Translations under genes and position numbers: made by a program
The notes under the pieces: generated by a model
What the model was told of the DNA's origin: nothing
Database searches by the model: none
The model's input: the letters and a program-made list of their open reading frames with translations, nothing else
Shown: piece by piece, positions 60,127-64,000 of the stretch
Position numbering within the stretch: position 1 is the stretch's first letter
Layout: each line of letters opens with the position of its first letter
Origin: Thermoplasmata archaeon
GTDB taxonomy: Archaea; Thermoplasmatota; Thermoplasmata; Lutacidiplasmatales; UBA184
Length of the DNA stretch: 64,000 bases
Direction of reading: 5' to 3'
NCBI GenBank assembly: GCA_021819135.1
Contig: JAKASE010000006.1
Span: 18,165 to 82,164 of the forward strand

Positions 60127-62433
60127 CTAGGGAACCGTGAGCCCGCGGTGCCACCGGTCGTAGAGCGGGGCGAGCGGCACCGTGCCCAGGGTCCGGCGGG
60201 ACCACCGAAGGTCCCCCTCGCCGGCGGTGACGGTGCCGAGCGCGGCGATCGGCACTCCGTGCAACAGTCGCTCGAACCTCGCCTCCCGTCCCGCCGGGAC
60301 CTCGACGACCCAGCGGGAGCCTCCCTCGGCCACGAGCGCGAGGGCCGGGTCGCCGAGCCCGGTACGGTCGAGGTCGACCGTGAAGCCGAGCCCGCCACCG
60401 AACGCCATCTCGGCGAGGGTCACGGCGAGTCCGCCGTCGGAGATGTCGTGGGCGGCGCAGAGGAGATTGCGGCGACGCGCGGCGAGGAGCCGCTCGCCCG
60501 CCGTCCGGACCGCCGCGGGATCGGCACGGGGGACCGCGAGCCCGGCCCGGCCCATCCGACGCGCCCATAGCGAACCCCCGAGCTCGCGCCGGGAGCGCCC
60601 GACCAGGTAGAGAAGATCCCCCGGGTGCTTGAGATCGCTCGTCACGGCCTCGGCCAGGTTCGTGAGGAGACCCGTCGCCATCAGGACCGGGGTCGGCGGG
60701 ATCTCGGCGCCGAGGCCCCCGTTGTAGAAGCTCACGTTGCCCGAGGGGACGGCGAAGCCGAGCGCCCGTGCCGCCCGCCCGAGTCCCTCCGTGACGGCCA
60801 CGAAATCCCCCATCACCCTCGGGTCCTCGGGGTTGCCGAAGTTGAGACAGTTCGTGAACGCGTCCGGCCGGGCGCCGACCGCGTAGAGGTTGCGGGCCGC
60901 CTCCTCCACGACGAGCGCGGCCCCCGTGCGCGGGTCCTCCCGGCAGGCCCACGGCTGGGTCGCGGTCGTGATCGCGAGCGCCCGGGCGCTCTCGGGCCGT
61001 GGCTGGATCACCGCCGCGTCGCCGTGCGAGGGGGAGGTCACCCGGCCCTGCAGGGGCTTCACGACGGTGCGTCCCTGGACCTCGTGGTCGTAGACCCGGA
61101 TCACGGGCTCCCGAGAGACCGACGCGGGGTCGAGGACGAGCGACTCGAAGAGCCCCACGAGGTCGTCCGCCGGCACCGACGGGGCGGCCCGTCGGCGCCG
61201 CGGCCTCGGGCGCGTCCGGCGGTGGATCGGGGGCGGGTCGACGCGGAAGCCGAGCCGAAGATGGGCCGCCGGGCGGCCGTTCCACTCGAGGATCTCGTAC
61301 GGCCCCGCGATGACCTCGCCGATGTCTGTCACCGGCACGTCGTGCCGTCGGAAGATCTCCTCGACCCGGGGAACGTTCGCGGGCCGGACGTCGAGGACCA
61401 TCCGTTCCTGGGACTCGGAGATCCAGACCTCCCAGGGCTTGAGGCCCTCCTCCCGCCGCGGGACCTTCGCGAGGTCGACCCGGAGGCCGAGCCCTCCGGC
61501 GTACGCGAGCTCCCCGGCGGCGGTGGCGACCCCTCCGCCCCCGAGGTCCTTGAGGCCCTCCACGAGGTTCGCGTCGAACGACTCGAGGCAGGCGTGGATC
61601 AGCGGCTCCTTCATGATCGGATTGCCGAGCTGCACGGCGCCGCGCGACTCAGATTCGCTCTCGCTGGTCAGCTCCCTCGAGGCGAACGCGACGCCGCCGA
61701 TCCCGTCCCGGCCGGTGAGCCCGCCCACGAGGACCAGCCGGTCCCCGGCCGCCCGGGCCCGGTTCGGGCGGAGGCGGGGCCGGGGCAGGAACCCGACGCA
61801 CCCGACGTTGACGAGCGGGTTCACGAGGTAGGCGGGGTCGAAATAGACGCCCCCCGAGACCGTCGGCACCCCGACCCGGTTGCCGTAGTCGCGGATGCCG
61901 GCGATGACGCCCTCCGCGAGGTAGCGCGGGGTCTTGACGCCCTTCGGCATCGACTCCGGCCCCCGGTCGAGAGGGCCGAAGAACAGGGGGTCGGCGAGCG
62001 CGATCGGTTTCGCGCCGACGGCGAGCACGTCCCGGAGGATGCCGCCGATGCCGGTGGCGGCCCCACCGTACGGTTCCACCGCCGAGGGGTGGTTATGGGA
62101 CTCGATGCGGAGCGCATAGGCATACCCCGGCTCGAACCGCATCACGCCCGCGTCGCCGGTCCCGAGGACGCGGAGCCGGGGCCGCAGGGCCCCGAACGCC
62201 TTCTTCAGGAACGGTCGCGAGCTCTTGTAGCTGCAGTGCTCGCTCCAGCTCTGCGCGAGCCCCGCGAGCTCGACATCCGTCGGGTCGCGGCCCTCCGCGC
62301 GGAAGTACGAGCGGATCCGCTCCAGCTCCTCCCGGTGGAAGCCGAGGCCCCGCTCCCGCGACGTGCGTTCGAGCGCGGCCAGAGAGCCGGAGCGGAACGG
62401 TACCGAGCCCACGCCGTCCGCCCAATCCGACAT
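60127..62433 (-). CDS. purL: FGAM synthase subunit PurL
   Basis: WSEHCSYK, ESHNHPS, SESQERM, LNFGNP, GNVSFYN, HDISDGG. Confidence 0.96.
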   Translation of the reverse strand: MSDWADGVGSVPFRSGSLAALERTSRERGLGFHREELERIRSYFRAEGRDPTDVELAGLAQSWSEHCSYKSSRPFLKKAFGALRPRLRVLGTGDAGVMRFEPGYAYALRIESHNHPSAVEPYGGAATGIGGILRDVLAVGAKPIALADPLFFGPLDRGPESMPKGVKTPRYLAEGVIAGIRDYGNRVGVPTVSGGVYFDPAYLVNPLVNVGCVGFLPRPRLRPNRARAAGDRLVLVGGLTGRDGIGGVAFASRELTSESESESRGAVQLGNPIMKEPLIHACLESFDANLVEGLKDLGGGGVATAAGELAYAGGLGLRVDLAKVPRREEGLKPWEVWISESQERMVLDVRPANVPRVEEIFRRHDVPVTDIGEVIAGPYEILEWNGRPAAHLRLGFRVDPPPIHRRTRPRPRRRRAAPSVPADDLVGLFESLVLDPASVSREPVIRVYDHEVQGRTVVKPLQGRVTSPSHGDAAVIQPRPESARALAITTATQPWACREDPRTGAALVVEEAARNLYAVGARPDAFTNCLNFGNPEDPRVMGDFVAVTEGLGRAARALGFAVPSGNVSFYNGGLGAEIPPTPVLMATGLLTNLAEAVTSDLKHPGDLLYLVGRSRRELGGSLWARRMGRAGLAVPRADPAAVRTAGERLLAARRRNLLCAAHDISDGGLAVTLAEMAFGGGLGFTVDLDRTGLGDPALALVAEGGSRWVVEVPAGREARFERLLHGVPIAALGTVTAGEGDLRWSRRTLGTVPLAPLYDRWHRGLTVP

Positions 62434-62439
62434 GGTGCT

Positions 62440-62736
62440 CTAGGGTGAGACGAGGGGTTCGGCCGGTCGGATCGTGACCCGGTGGATCACGGGGTTCGCG
62501 AGCAGCCGATCGACGGCCGTCTCGGCGAGCCGTCGGGCCTCCCCGGCCGAGACCCCGGAGAACTCGAGATCGTAGATGCGGGCGGTCGTGACGTGGCGGA
62601 CCGACGGAAGACCGAGCAGACCCAGGGACTTCTCGATACTGAGCGCTTCCGCGTCCAGCACTCCCGGCTTCAGCTCGACCCGAACCTCCACGCGAACGAC
62701 CGCCGAGCCGGTGCTCACCGAGGGTCCCCGTCCCAT
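62440..62736 (-). CDS. purS: FGAM synthase subunit PurS
   Basis: VELKPGVLD.E, LLANPVI. Confidence 0.9.
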   Translation of the reverse strand: MGRGPSVSTGSAVVRVEVRVELKPGVLDAEALSIEKSLGLLGLPSVRHVTTARIYDLEFSGVSAGEARRLAETAVDRLLANPVIHRVTIRPAEPLVSP

Positions 62737-62816
62737 CTACGGTCGCAGAGAGATAACGATGCCTCCCGCCGGAGCGTACGGTCGGGGGCTCCGGCCCCTT
62801 TCGAGGACCGATACGG

Positions 62817-63578
62817 TCAGCCGCCGCCGAGACGCCCGAGGAGCCCGCCGACGGCTCCCTTGGTGAGCGCCCCCGCAAGGCTCTGGGGCGGCTGGGCGGG
62901 GGCCGAGCTCGCGCTCGCCCCTCCTTCGGTCGCCGCCCGCAGCGACGACGGGTCGATCGTCTGGAGCTCGATCCGACCGGGGCCCTCCACGTGGAGCGCC
63001 TCGAAGCTGAGCGCGTGGCCGGTGAGCCCTCCCCCGAGCGGCTGGTTGAACGCGCGGAGGGTGACGGTCGCATCCTTGCGGAGGACGGCCCCGTGATCGA
63101 CGTCCATCGCCTCTCCCGCCTTGAGATCGAAGCCGAGGATGTTGCCGTGCCCGTGGTAGACGATCGTGCCCGGACCGGTGAGCCGGTCCATCCAGAACCC
63201 GATCATCCGGCCGATGCGCCCGGTGCCCTGAACATAGAAGGTGGAATACTGCACCGTGCGGGTCGCGATCAGGAGCGAGTGCTCGGCGATGTCGATCGTC
63301 TGGCCCGGCTGGAGCTCGAGGCTCCGGACCTCCCCGGGGGAGAACCGGCTGAACGCGGCGTAGCCGGGACCCTGGTAGACGTGCATGAAGAACGGCATCC
63401 CGCCGACCATCGTCCGGCGGATGATCTGTCCGATCCCGCCCTGCGTCATCGCGCGGACCGCGAAACGGATCGAGGGGTCGGAGTAGACCATCAGGCCCGC
63501 CTCGCAGTAGATCTCCTCTCCGGCGGCGAGCTGGACGAGGGCGACCGGGACGAACTCGCCCTGGACCTTGATCTCCAT
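62817..63578 (-). CDS. AIM24 (DUF124) family protein
   Basis: L..GE.I..EAG.M, PGEV..L.L, LTGPG, VD.G, L.VEGPG.I.LQT. Confidence 0.85.
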   Translation of the reverse strand: MEIKVQGEFVPVALVQLAAGEEIYCEAGLMVYSDPSIRFAVRAMTQGGIGQIIRRTMVGGMPFFMHVYQGPGYAAFSRFSPGEVRSLELQPGQTIDIAEHSLLIATRTVQYSTFYVQGTGRIGRMIGFWMDRLTGPGTIVYHGHGNILGFDLKAGEAMDVDHGAVLRKDATVTLRAFNQPLGGGLTGHALSFEALHVEGPGRIELQTIDPSSLRAATEGGASASSAPAQPPQSLAGALTKGAVGGLLGRLGGG

Positions 63579-63582
63579 GGTC

Positions 63583-64000
63583 CTACACTCCGCTGTGGAC
63601 CATGATCGCGCCCGGCCCGCGGACGTCGAGCACCGGCTGGGCGAACCCGCCCCCGAAGGCGCCCCCGGCCTGCATCCAGTTCACCTGGACCCCGTTCGTG
63701 GGGGAGGCGAGGAGGAGGCCCTCGGTCGAGGTGCGGATCGCCTCGTTCGGGTTGAGCGTGAACGACAGCACGTTCCCGACCGACTGGAAGACGATCGTGC
63801 CGGGGCCGGTGAGCCGGTCGACAAAGAGGTAGTGGTTCTCCCGTTCGTTCCCGCGCTGGATCACCCACTGGGCGAGGACCATCGGGTAGTACCGGACCGT
63901 CTCGTCAAAGCAGATCAGGTGGCCGGAACGCAGCCGGACGACCTGGTTCGGCGCGAGATCGAGGACCCGTACCTCGCCCGCGCGATCCCGGGAGAACGTC
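63583..64000 (-). CDS. AIM24 family paralog; 5' end outside the window
   Basis: Open frame from the window edge: FSRDRAGEVRVLDL...DRLTGPGTIVFQ...DVRGPG, paralleling the downstream gene. Confidence 0.75.
   Translation of the reverse strand, partial: TFSRDRAGEVRVLDLAPNQVVRLRSGHLICFDETVRYYPMVLAQWVIQRGNERENHYLFVDRLTGPGTIVFQSVGNVLSFTLNPNEAIRTSTEGLLLASPTNGVQVNWMQAGGAFGGGFAQPVLDVRGPGAIMVHSGV

Overview
High-GC (roughly 70% by eye) archaeal chromosomal segment, most likely from Thermoplasmata. This is inferred from the gene set: MCM, proteasome beta subunit, aCPSF1, CDC48/VAT, rpl18e-rpl13-rps9-rpoN, Cgi121, Dph6, SepF and a PRC-barrel protein, together with bacterial-type ClpB and MutS/MutL. Most of the window is densely packed housekeeping DNA: pyrimidine and purine synthesis, AspRS, AlaRS, a CCG-subunit succinate dehydrogenase/fumarate reductase operon and a B12 acyl-CoA mutase. 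Notable items read from the sequence: (1) a tRNA-Gly(TCC) with a 31-nt intron in the T-loop (59/60), a perfect bulge-helix-bulge and C instead of U at position 33; (2) a tRNA-Ser(TGA); (3) a coupled mutS-mutL-PD-(D/E)XK nuclease operon; (4) an intact 1331-bp ISH6-like IS with an 8-bp target duplication; (5) probable CTG start codons for aspS and a RidA gene; (6) a V4R + Roadblock gene pair and an orphan GvpD/KaiC-like ATPase; (7) an acyl-CoA mutase with isobutyryl-CoA-mutase-type signature residues. No CRISPR array or rRNA was seen. Most long ORFs in the track are antisense or frame shadows caused by high GC. All family calls come from motif recognition; no searches were run.
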